Shown piece after piece: positions 27,285 to 37,300 of a DNA stretch of 64,000 nt (the stretch's first letter is position 1; each line of letters starts with the position of its first letter). The notes below the pieces were generated by a model that had not been told where the DNA came from, made no database searches, and saw nothing but the letters and a program-made list of their open reading frames with translations. The DNA comes from Euprymna scolopes (Eukaryota), in NCBI GenBank assembly GCA_053919585.1, contig CM132827.1; one strand, given 5' to 3'. A program made the translations under genes and the position numbers.

Positions 27285-27334
27285 ACTCTTCTGATGAGAA
27301 GCATTAGGCTTCGAAATGCCCTGGCATAAAGAGT
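27285..27334 (+). ncRNA. Type I hammerhead ribozyme motif with an intact core
   Basis: ACTCTT-CTGATGA-GAAGC attag GCTTC-GAAA-TGCC ct GGCA-T-A^AAGAGT. Stem I is 6 bp, stem II is 5 bp, and stem III pairs. Predicted cleavage is after AUA at 27328. Confidence 0.8.
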
Positions 27335-27440
27335 CCCTTCTATCCCCCAAATTTTGCTTGTATTCCATTATTCAATAAATGATCCATTCTATATCTACCA
27401 ATATATAGTTTTGTGACTGCATTTCATACTGTTGTTGTCC

Positions 27441-27479
<39 letters not shown>

Positions 27480-27483
<4 letters not shown>

Positions 27484-28966
27484 GTACGGCCAAAATGAAT
27501 GCCGATGCTCAAAATGTATAAACATTTTGACCCCTCCCTTTTACTTAAAAATTCACCAAAAATCAGGAAATTAACCAATTTTAATGAAATTTTCAGTATT
27601 TATCAAATAATGATCACGGAATATAATGAACTAATTATTTTTATTTAAATCTTAGTGAAATTGTATTATTTTGTTTAAACAAAAAATGCTTTTACTAAAG
27701 TTATGGTTTTCAGTAGTAAATAAAAAAAGCATCGTAATTTGTAACAATGAATTAAAAATAAAATAATTTTTACAGGATTATGAAAAAAGCCCCTAAAGTC
27801 CATATTAATGAATTCGATATAACTCAAAGAAAAATTTATTTCTCGAACTACCAATATTATCATTGAATTAAGCATTGTTTATTTAATATTTTCACAAAAA
27901 AAATTATAATTGCAAAAATTATTTCTACTTTTTTTACGCTTACATTTTTAACGTGATCTTTACATGTAAGATTCTAATATTTCCATTCTACGCAAGAACG
28001 TATAATTATCAACGTAAAATAATGTTCATATAATCTTGGAAAATAAAGTAAAAAAAATTAAATTGAAAAACAGGAACATAGAAAAATAATTTAATTAAAA
28101 AATGGCAAAAATTATACAAACGTTCCATGTCAGTAAGTACGGATGTACAGAGTTGAAAAGAAAACCAGTGTTTTGTCCACTCTCCTCCTCTTTTCAACTA
28201 CCCGCCTGTTTGTGTTTATCAACTTTAAATTTCACGTAAACATTATGATAAATTTTAACATAAGTGTGTAATTTTTTCAATGATTATAAATTGTTTTCTT
28301 AACTAATTCTAATTCTGTATTAATATTAATAAATAATGGTGCTAACTTTTTTTTTTTTCAAAGAATAAATTGTCAGTAGTATAATTAATGAATTTAATTA
28401 ACTTTTATGCATTTTTAAATGAAGGAAGGCGGATCTGCGACTCAAAAAAAAAATAAAAGTCGCTCTGTATGCCGAAATAATATTAAATAAAGACATAAAT
28501 TATGTCTAATTTGTCCCTCCATACACATTTGAAATTTTCCACCAGAGGTTTTATGGATACGATAAACAAAGCTCATTCCTACCAGTGATACATTTTTGGA
28601 TAATTATTACATTTTTTAGCAAAAGTCAAGTACATTTATTGTATTAATTCATTATCTTAAGACTTTAACTTAATACTTAACTTGGAAATAATTCCAGAAA
28701 ACTTATATTTTTCTTGCCAGAAAAATGTGAACGCGATTTTTGTCATGATGAATTTTTATGTGAAATATACGATTTTTCAGATTTGAGATAAAATTATGCA
28801 TGTATTTTTTATTTCACACACTTTTTTCTTTGAGAAATTAACTTTAAACTGTAATCTTTCAAATACAATAAAAAAGTATTCGAAAATTTAAAAAATTATT
28901 ATGATTAACCAGCGTTAAAAACCATGCCCGCCCCTACCGAAACAGCCATTAATTGCCCGTACCTAA
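27480..28966. mobile_element. Probable non-autonomous DNA transposon with short TIRs, inserted in (TA)n
   Basis: The left end TTAGGTACGGCCAA and the right end TTGCCCGTACCTAA both abut (TA)n tracts. A second right-end copy, TAATTGCCCATACCTAA, lies at ~29524-29540. Confidence 0.6.
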
Positions 28967-28967
28967 T

Positions 28968-29015
<48 letters not shown>

Positions 29016-29536
29016 AAAGGAGATTAGAACAATAGTCTAAAGAGCAGAGTGTATTTTAATGTAATAGTGAAATTACTAGTTTAATTAAAATACAGGAAAG
29101 AAAAAGTGCTCGTTGTAAATTAGATATATAAGCTCGATAGGTAAATATCCTAGAGCTAATTTAATATTTAGTAATGTGATTGATAATTTAAAATTTAAAA
29201 ATCAAATTATAATTAAATTAAAAATCCGTTTCATAAGAAAGAACAACAACAAAATCAATTATTTGTAAGATCGTTTCGGAAAACAGTGTTTTTATTGTGG
29301 TAGACATCAAGTTACGGACAATAATTATTACATATAGTTTTTTTAATAAACAAGGTTTCCTCATCAGCAAATTGTGAAGGGTTTTTATTAAATTTAAAAG
29401 ACACCATAAATAAACCTAGCATTAAAAGTAAGGCAGATGTATCTGGAAAAAATTAAAATGAAGGTCTGAATTTAAAATTGATAAGAAAATTAATATGGGT
29501 TAGAGATACCACAATAAAAACACTAATTGCCCATAC

Positions 29537-29611
<75 letters not shown>

Positions 29612-29668
29612 TTCCACAGCCAAACAACGTCGCAGCTCACAAGAGCCATGACATTCAACGAACCGGAA

Positions 29669-29713
29669 GTCCAAGACTCGAGTTTTGTCCTCATTTGGGC
29701 TCATCAGTTAGAC
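29669..29713 (-). ncRNA. Type I hammerhead motif, probably inactive copy
   Basis: GTCTAA-CTGATGA-GCCC aaatga GGAC-AAAA-CTCGAGTC^TTGGAC. GAAA has become AAAA (G12A) and stem II has one mismatch. Confidence 0.7.
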
Positions 29714-29719
29714 ACATCC

Positions 29720-29788
29720 GAACTCAGGATTCGAAACCCGAGCCTCTTGCATGCGAGGCAAGCACTCTACCAACTGAGCAAACGCCCC
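29720..29788 (-). pseudogene. tRNA-Ala(CGC)-derived head
   Basis: GGGGCGTTTGCTCAGTTGGTAGAGTG-CTTGC-CTCGCAT-GCAAG-AGGCTCGGGTTTCGAATCCTG carries an A box, an anticodon stem-loop (CGC) and a B box. The 3' side of the acceptor stem is not retained. Confidence 0.8.
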
Positions 29789-30039
29789 ACACACAAGAAT
29801 TTCTATTAACCAACACAGATCAAGTAAACCGCATCGAAATCCGACTGTGAAATGAACCCACTTCGTCTCGACAAGGGACGCGGCCATCCAACCAGTCAGT
29901 AACCCTTGCCGATGTCTCACAAGTAGGATTTTAACTCGAAGGGACGCCGCCATCCAGCAATGCTAACCCAACGAGCAACTTATAATAGGATTTTCAGAAT
30001 GTGAGAGATTGTATAATAAATTCCACAGCCAAACAACGC

Positions 30040-30104
30040 CGTTTGCTCAGTTGGTAGAGTGCTTGCCTCGCATGCAAGAGGCTCGGGTTTCGAATCCTGA
30101 GTTT
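30040..30104 (+). pseudogene. tRNA-Ala(CGC)-derived head, second copy, missing its first bases
   Basis: Near-identical to the minus-strand copy. Confidence 0.8.
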
Positions 30105-30110
30105 GGATGT

Positions 30111-30155
30111 GTCTAACTGATGAGCCCAAATGAGGGCGAAACTCTAGTCTTGGAC
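30111..30155 (+). ncRNA. Type I hammerhead ribozyme motif with an intact core and minimal stem III
   Basis: GTCTAA-CTGATGA-GCCC aaatga GGGC-GAAA-CTCTAGTC^TTGGAC. Stem I is GTCTAA/TTGGAC, the cleavage triplet GUC ends at 30149, and stem I can extend through GGA/TCC. Confidence 0.85.
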
Positions 30156-30422
30156 TTCCGGTTTGTTGACTGTCATGGCTCTTGTGAGCTGCGACGTTGT
30201 TTGGCTGTGGAATTTATTATACAATCTCTCACATTCTGAAAATCCTAATATATATATATATATATATGTTGGCACTGGTTTACAAATTGTCATTGTGCAG
30301 AGGGAGACAACTCTTGTTTACTAAGAGATTCGTTTATTTTTTCATCTCATAATTTAGGACACTTAATGGAACAACATTTTTATTAAATCAGGACAGTAAA
30401 AAAAAGTTGCGACAAATTTTTT

Positions 30423-32493
30423 GGCTGACGTACACGAGTGAGGCCCCCATAGAAAAATATGCATCAGCTCCGATGTTGTACGCACCCCATTCAAGGGAGC
30501 GTTCATTATTCTGAAAAAGGAAAGAATTTTGGCTTGTGTAGCCTTAGATGTATCAGAATTTTGGAGGAATTTTTGACACCCCTAACACAAAACTGCGAAT
30601 AAAATATAAAAAACTCATAATTTCTCTTTTTAAAGTGGGTTGTTTATTTTCTTTATGGAATATACTTCTAAAATAAACTATTAAAGTTGTTTAAAAAATA
30701 ATAGTAATATTATTTTTTATTTTTTAAAAAACAGTGTTTACAAAGTGCCGGCGTTCCTTCATGCAGCCATTTTTTTTTTTTTTACGTAATGAAATCAATT
30801 GAATTTTACGAGTTAAATATTTTTCAATTTTTAAACTTTAAAAATCTATCAAAATTTTTCTATTGATTCAATTTTTACGATATTTTCAGTGTCAATGTGA
30901 AATTTTATGCTCTTTCCAATAAACTGAATATAATATTTTAGACAAACGTTTTTTTTAAATTCCATCCCCTCCCTATTTTGAAATGTCTATTAAAATTTAA
31001 ATAATTAATTTACTCACCAAAGATTTATATATCACAAATTGAAGATAAAAGATCAATAAATAAAATATTCTAATTTAAAACAAAAAAAAAGAAGTGTTTT
31101 TTGGAAATTTACCTGTGAAGTCCAAAGTGTAAACCCTTTTTTTTTCCACATCGATTTTTTTTTTTTTTTAAGTGGAAGCTTATGTTATGCTTAGATTGTC
31201 AAGCAAATATCGGACGCTTACAACAATGTTTTTCTATTTCATTCAATGTTTTCTTTTTTAGATATTTAAAAAAAATTCACTCGATAAAGAAAAAATAAAA
31301 TATATTAATCAAAAACTCATCTATTTCATTAAGAGAATAAAAATTTTTAAAAATCGGTAGAGTGTTTTTTTTTGTTTAACGGCAAAAACTTATAAGTAAC
31401 TGTGTTCATTTTCAACTAAGGTGGCCCAAAAGTACTAATTTTGGTTTACAGCACACAATAGAAAGAGATATTAATTGTGTCCCTTTGAAGCCACTGGAAG
31501 ATAAAGGCGAAGAAAATAAAAAATTTGTCTCCCTTTATTTAAACAGTTAAAAATATCTGAGTTCGCGCTTTTTTGTAATCCTTGTTTAAAAAAGTATTTT
31601 ATTTAAAAAGGACATGCAATGTAAGTATAAATATGGATAAATTCTTAACAATGAACAATGGAAGTACCCATTGAATAGTATTTTTTATAGGTAAGTGATT
31701 TTTTTGGAATCCATATATATTTTTTATCATCGAAGTTACTAAAATTTCGTTGATTTTCTTTAAAAATTTTTTAAAGAAACCGATTTAAAAAACAAATATT
31801 GCATAATTTGCTATTAAACCTGTTATTTTTTTAAATTTTGGTCTTTGCTCCTTTAATTAAAAAAATTAAGGTTTGAATTACATTTTTCAAGTAGTTATAA
31901 GCTTCGAAAGACAGTAAGTCTAAATATTCCAGTGTTTACCACAAATTTTTAATGGCGATTTCTGACACTGCTAGTGTAGCCTTGTTTTTTTTTTATTTTG
32001 ACTTGAACTTTGCGCTTTTTTGATTATTTTGTTATTGTTTTTTTTTGTGTGTGTTTTTTTATTGTGTGCCTATCTGTCATGGAATGTCGTTGGTGTGTAT
32101 CTCATATCGAAAACAGTGAAATTTTATTTGATGATAGTGCACTTATTGATCCGTGCTAGTTTTTAAATAATATTTTCAAGTTTAATTGAAATTTTATTAT
32201 ATCTGTTTTTATTAAATTGTTAGGTGAAAGTACAAAATAGGTACACAATACCCTCCCGTCCCCATGTTAAGAATCTCGGGCCCCCAAAAAATATCCATCC
32301 AAAGAAAAAAAACAAAAACATAACAAAATAATCCGAAAAGCACAAAGTTCAAGCCCAAATTAAAAAAAAACAAGGCCACACAAGCCAAAATTCTTTCCTT
32401 TTCAGAATAATGAACACTCCCTCGAATGGGGTGCGTACAACATCAGAGCCAATGCATATTTCCTTATGAGGGCCTCAGTCATGTACATCTGCC
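30423..32493. mobile_element. MITE-like element (~630 bp when uninterrupted) with ~200-bp TIRs. The left TIR is split by a 1.4-kb insertion
   Basis: 30423-30544 plus ~31983-32050 is the reverse complement of ~32305-32493. Confidence 0.85.
30545..31973. mobile_element. Non-autonomous DNA transposon with TAG...CTA ends and a 9-bp TSD
   Basis: TSD GTGTAGCCT at 30536-30544 and 31974-31982. Imperfect TIRs TAGATGTATCAGAA / TTCTGACACTGCTA. Confidence 0.8.
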
Positions 32494-33507
32494 ATTTTTT
32501 TTAATGTAACAAAGGTGATAACATAAAATTGGGGAAAATTGCAGTATTCGTAGATGTTTTATAGTAAAACGTGAAGATTGCAGAAACATGGAACATAACC
32601 CAGGAAGCATATTTTAGATTACATCATAATGGCGTCTAACATGTTTAGCTGATCGCGATATACTTTTTTTTTTTTTTTACAAAAACAATAGCAATTGTTC
32701 TACTCAATGAATTTTCATAGTTTTTGGATATATTACTATTTTCGACCAAACAATTTAGTAAATCATATTGTTTTGCTTAATATTTAAAAAAAAATCGATC
32801 TGTCACCTCTTTTGGTTTAAGCATCAAGATTTCATTTATTGGGAGATGCATAATTATTACTATTAGCGACAAACTATTGTAAAAGAAATACCATTAAGAA
32901 CTTAATTCAAAACAATTTATTTTGCGATACCAACTTATTTGTGATCTATTTGTGTTAAAAATATTTAAACATTTATTAGTTCTTGTTCAGAATTCCCACA
33001 ACAAAACAAAAATAAAGGAAAATCTGTGTGTGTTACATAGTCATAACAAAACAAAAACTATAAAATTACAAAAATCACATAAATTGATCAAATATTTTAA
33101 AAATAAAATCAAATTTCATGAGTAGCCGTGGAATGAATGCCTCATCACCATTTCAGAAAAAAAAGTTTATAGAAACAAACCAGATAACTCAATAATATTT
33201 CATACTTACTAGATGTGGTCTAAAATGCTACCAAAGGGAAAATAAGGTTTTTTTTGTAATTAAACACTTAAAAAATTAGTACAAACCTGTTTGTGTGAAG
33301 TCTGCAGAGTTCTGTGTAGACAAAAAAAATAAAGAAAAAGTTAAAAAATGACCGCCTTTTCTTTTTATATGCTTGTGATATTTTCACCTAATATGCAAAT
33401 GAGATGCTTCCGGTTGGATATAAATATGCTGATTTTTCAGAGACTGGGTTGATTTTCGGATTTGGATGTCAGAGTAGCAAGTGTTGTCAATAGTGCGTCA
33501 TGTTCTA

Positions 33508-34320
33508 GAGTTAAGTTTTGACGGAAGAGTGTTGAGATTTGAAGTAATGAGTTTTGACAGAAGAGTGTTGAAATTTGGAGTAAAGAGTTTTGACAACAGA
33601 GTGTTGAGATTTGGAGTAACGAGTTTTGACAACAGAGTGTTGAGATTTGGAGTAAAGAGTTTTGACAACAGAGTGTTGAGATTTGGAGTAACGAGTTTTG
33701 ACAACAGAGTGTTGAGATTTGGAGTAACGAGTTTTGACAACAGAGTGTTGAGATTTGGAGTAACGAGTTTTGACAACAGAGTGTTGTGATTTGGATTAAC
33801 GAGTTTTGACAACAGAGTGTTGAGATTTGGAGTAACGAGTTTTGACAACAGAGTGTTGAGATTTGGATTAACGAGTTTTGACAACAGAGTGTTGAGATTT
33901 GGATTAACGAGTTTTGACAACAGAGTGTTGAGATTTGGATTAACGAGTTTTGACAACAGAGTGTTGAGATTTGGAGTAACGAGTTTTGACAACAGAGTGT
34001 TGTGATTTGGATTAACGAGTTTTGACAACAGAGTGTTGAGATTTGGATTAACGAGTTTTGACAACAGAGTGTTGAGATTTGGAGTAATGAGTTTTGACAA
34101 CAGAGTGTTGTGATTTGGATTAACGAGTTTTGACAACAGAGTGTTGAGATTTGGATTAACGAGTTTTGACAGAAGAGTGTTGAAATTTGGAGTAACGAGT
34201 TTTGACAACAGAGTGTTGAGATTTGGAGTAACGAGTTTTGACAACAGAGTGTTGAGATTTGGAGTAACGAGTTTTGACAACAGAGTGTTGAGATTTGGAG
34301 TAATGAGTTTTGAGAGCAGA
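33508..34320 (+). repeat. 36-bp subarray (unit C: GTGTTGAGATTTGGAGTAACGAGTTTTGACAACAGA), ~22 units
   Basis: Read directly. Units are more diverged at the left edge. Confidence 0.97.
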
Positions 34321-37300
34321 GTGTTGAGAATTAGAGTTGAATTTAGGCAGCAGAGCATTGAGATTTAGAATTCAATTTTAACAGCAGAGTGTTGAGATTT
34401 GGAGTAACGAGTTTTTGGCAGCAGAGCATTGAGATTTAGAATTCAATTTTAACAGCAGAGTGTTGAGATTTGGAGTAAAGAGTTTTTGGCAGCAGAGCAT
34501 TGAGATTTAGAATTCAATTTTAACAGCAGAGCATTGAGATTTAGAATTCAATTTTAACAGCAGAGCATTGAGATTTAGAATTCAATTTTAACAGCAGAGC
34601 ATTGAGATTTAGAATTCAATTTTAACAGCAGAGTGTTGAGATTTGGAGTAAAGAGTTTTTGGCAGCAGAGCATTGAGATTTAGAATTCAATTTTAACAGC
34701 AGAGTGTTGAGATTTGGAGTAAAGAGTTTTTGGCAGCAGAGCATTGAGATTTAGAATTCAATTTTAACAGCAGAGCATTGAGATTTAGAATTCAATTTTA
34801 ACAGCAGAGTGTTGAGATTTGGAGTAAAGAGTTTTTGGCAGCAGAGCATTGAGATTTAGAATTCAATTTTAACAGCAGAGTGTTGAGATTTGGAGTAAAG
34901 AGTTTTTGGCAGCAGAGCATTGAGATTTAGAATTCAATTTTAACAGCAGAGTGTTGAGATTTGGAGTAAAGAGTTTTTGGCAGCAGAGCATTGAGATTTA
35001 GAATTCAATTTTAACAGCAGAGCATTGTGATTTAGAATTCAATTTTAACAGCAGAGCATTGAGATTTAGAATTCAATTTTAACAGCAGAGCATTGAGATT
35101 TAGAATTCAATTTTAACAGCAGAGTGTTGAGATTTAGAATTCAATTTTAACAGCAGAGTGTTGAGATTTGGAGTAAAGAGTTTTTGGCAGCAGAGCATTG
35201 AGATTTAGAATTCAATTTTAACAGCAGAGCATTGAGATTTAGAATTCAATTTTAACAGCAGAGTGTTGAGATTTGGAGTAAAGAGTTTTTGGCAGCAGAG
35301 CATTGAGATTTAGAATTCAATTTTAACAGCAGAGCATTGAGATTTAGAATTCAATTTTAACAGCAGAGTGTTGAGATTTGGAGTAAAGAGTTTTTGGCAG
35401 CAGAGCATTGAGATTTAGAATTCAATTTTAACAGCAGAGCATTGAGATTTAGAATTCAATTTTAACAGCAGAGCATTGAGATTTAGAATTCAATTTTAAC
35501 AGCAGAGCATTGAGATTTAGAATTCAATTTTAACAGCAGAGTGTTGAGATTTAGAATTCAATTTTAACAGCAGAGTGTTGAGATTTGGAGTAAAGAGTTT
35601 TTGGCAGCAGAGCATTGAGATTTAGAATTCAATTTTAACAGCAGAGCATTGAGATTTAGAATTCAATTTTAACAGCAGAGTGTTGAGATTTGGAGTAAAG
35701 AGTTTTTGGCAGCAGAGCATTGAGATTTAGAATTCAATTTTAACAGCAGAGCATTGAGATTTAGAATTCAATTTTAACAGCAGAGTGTTGAGATTTGGAG
35801 TAAAGAGTTTTTGGCAGCAGAGCATTGAGATTCAGAATTCAATTTTAACAGCAGAGCATTGAGATTTAGAATTCAATTTTAACAGCAGAGCATTGAGATT
35901 TAGAATTCAATTTTAACAGCAGAGCATTGAGATTTAGAATTCAATTTTAACAGCAGAGCATTGAGATTTAGAATTCAATTTTAACAGCAGAGTGTTGAGA
36001 TTTGGAGTAAAGAGTTTTTGGCAGCAGAGCATTGAGATTTAGAATTCAATTTTAACAGCAGAGCATTGAGATTTAGAATTCAATTTTAACAGCAGAGCAT
36101 TGAGATTTAGAATTCAATTTTAACAGCAGAGCATTGAGATTTAGAATTCAATTTTAACAGCAGAGCATTGAGATTTAGAATTCAATTTTAACAGCAGAGT
36201 GTTAAGATTTGGAGTAAAGAGTTTTTGGCAGCAGAGCATTGAGATTAAGAATTCAATTTTAACAGCAGAGCATTGAGATTTAGAATTCAATTTTAACAGC
36301 AGAGCATTGAGATTTAGAATTCAATTTTAACAGCAGAGTGTTGAGATTTGGAGTAAAGAGTTTTTGGCAGCAGAGCATTGAGATTTAGAATTCAATTTTA
36401 ACAGCAGAGCATTGAGATTTAGAATTCAATTTTAACAGCAGAGCATTGAGATTTAGAATTCAATTTTAACAGCAGAGCATTGAGATTTAGAATTCAATTT
36501 TAACAGCAGAGTGTTGAGATTTGGAGTAAAGAGTTTTTGGCAGCAGAGCATTGAGATTTAGAATTCAATTTTAACAGCAGAGCATTGAGATTTAGAATTC
36601 AATTTTAACAGCAGAGCATTGAGATTTAGAATTCAATTTTAACAGCAGAGTGTTGAGATTTGGAGTAAAGAGTTTTTGGCAGCAGAGCATTGAGATTTAG
36701 AATTCAATTTTAACAGCAGAGCATTGAGATTTAGAATTCAATTTTAACAGCAGAGCATTGAGATTTAGAATTCAATTTTAACAGCAGAGCATTGAGATTT
36801 AGAATTCAATTTTAACAGCAGAGCATTGAGATTTAGAATTCAATTTTAACAGCAGAGCATTGAGATTTAGAATTCAATTTTAACAGCAGAGCATTGAGAT
36901 TTAGAATTCAATTTTAACAGCAGAGCATTGAGATTTAGAATTCAATTTTAACAGCAGAGTGTTGAGATTTAGAATTCAATTTTAACAGCAGAGCATTGAG
37001 ATTTAGAATTCAATTTTAACAGCAGAGCATTGAGATTTAGAATTCAATTTTAACAGCAGAGTGTTGAGATTTAGAATTCAATTTTAACAGCAGAGCATTG
37101 AGATTTAGAATTCAATTTTAACAGCAGAGCATTGAGATTTAGAATTCAATTTTAACAGCAGAGCATTGAGATTTAGAATTCAATTTTAACAGCAGAGCAT
37201 TGAGATTTAGAATTCAATTTTAACAGCAGAGTGTTGAGATTTGGAGTAAAGAGTTTTTGGCAGCAGAGCATTGAGATTTAGAATTCAATTTTAACAGCAG

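Larger units (their letters stand above)
29607..30247. mobile_element. tRNA-Ala-headed, hammerhead-containing element (retrozyme/SINE-like). A minus-strand partial tandem (30038 to 29607) is followed by an inverted plus-strand copy (30040-30247), with (TA)n on both flanks
   Basis: 29607-29783 is the reverse complement of ~30040-30217. 29985-30038 is the reverse complement of the tail at ~30194-30247. The repeat spacing on the minus strand is 409 nt. Confidence 0.85.

Noticed and set aside
29720-30104. Functional tRNA-Ala genes
   Set aside because: The acceptor stem is not formed, and both copies are embedded in a repeated element.
22148-33125. Short ORFs of 60-90 aa in the middle region
   Set aside because: They are low-complexity, microsatellite- or transposon-derived, with no recognisable domains.
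33441-33500. Exon after TTTTTCAG at 33440 as the seed of array 2
   Set aside because: All three frames reach a stop within about 55 nt, and no good donor is present.
33481-34368. LRR-like ORFs (NLNTLLSKLVTP)n and (FDNRVLRFGVTS)n
   Set aside because: These are translations of the 36-bp subarray. The plus frame has stops and the array changes to a 34-bp period.
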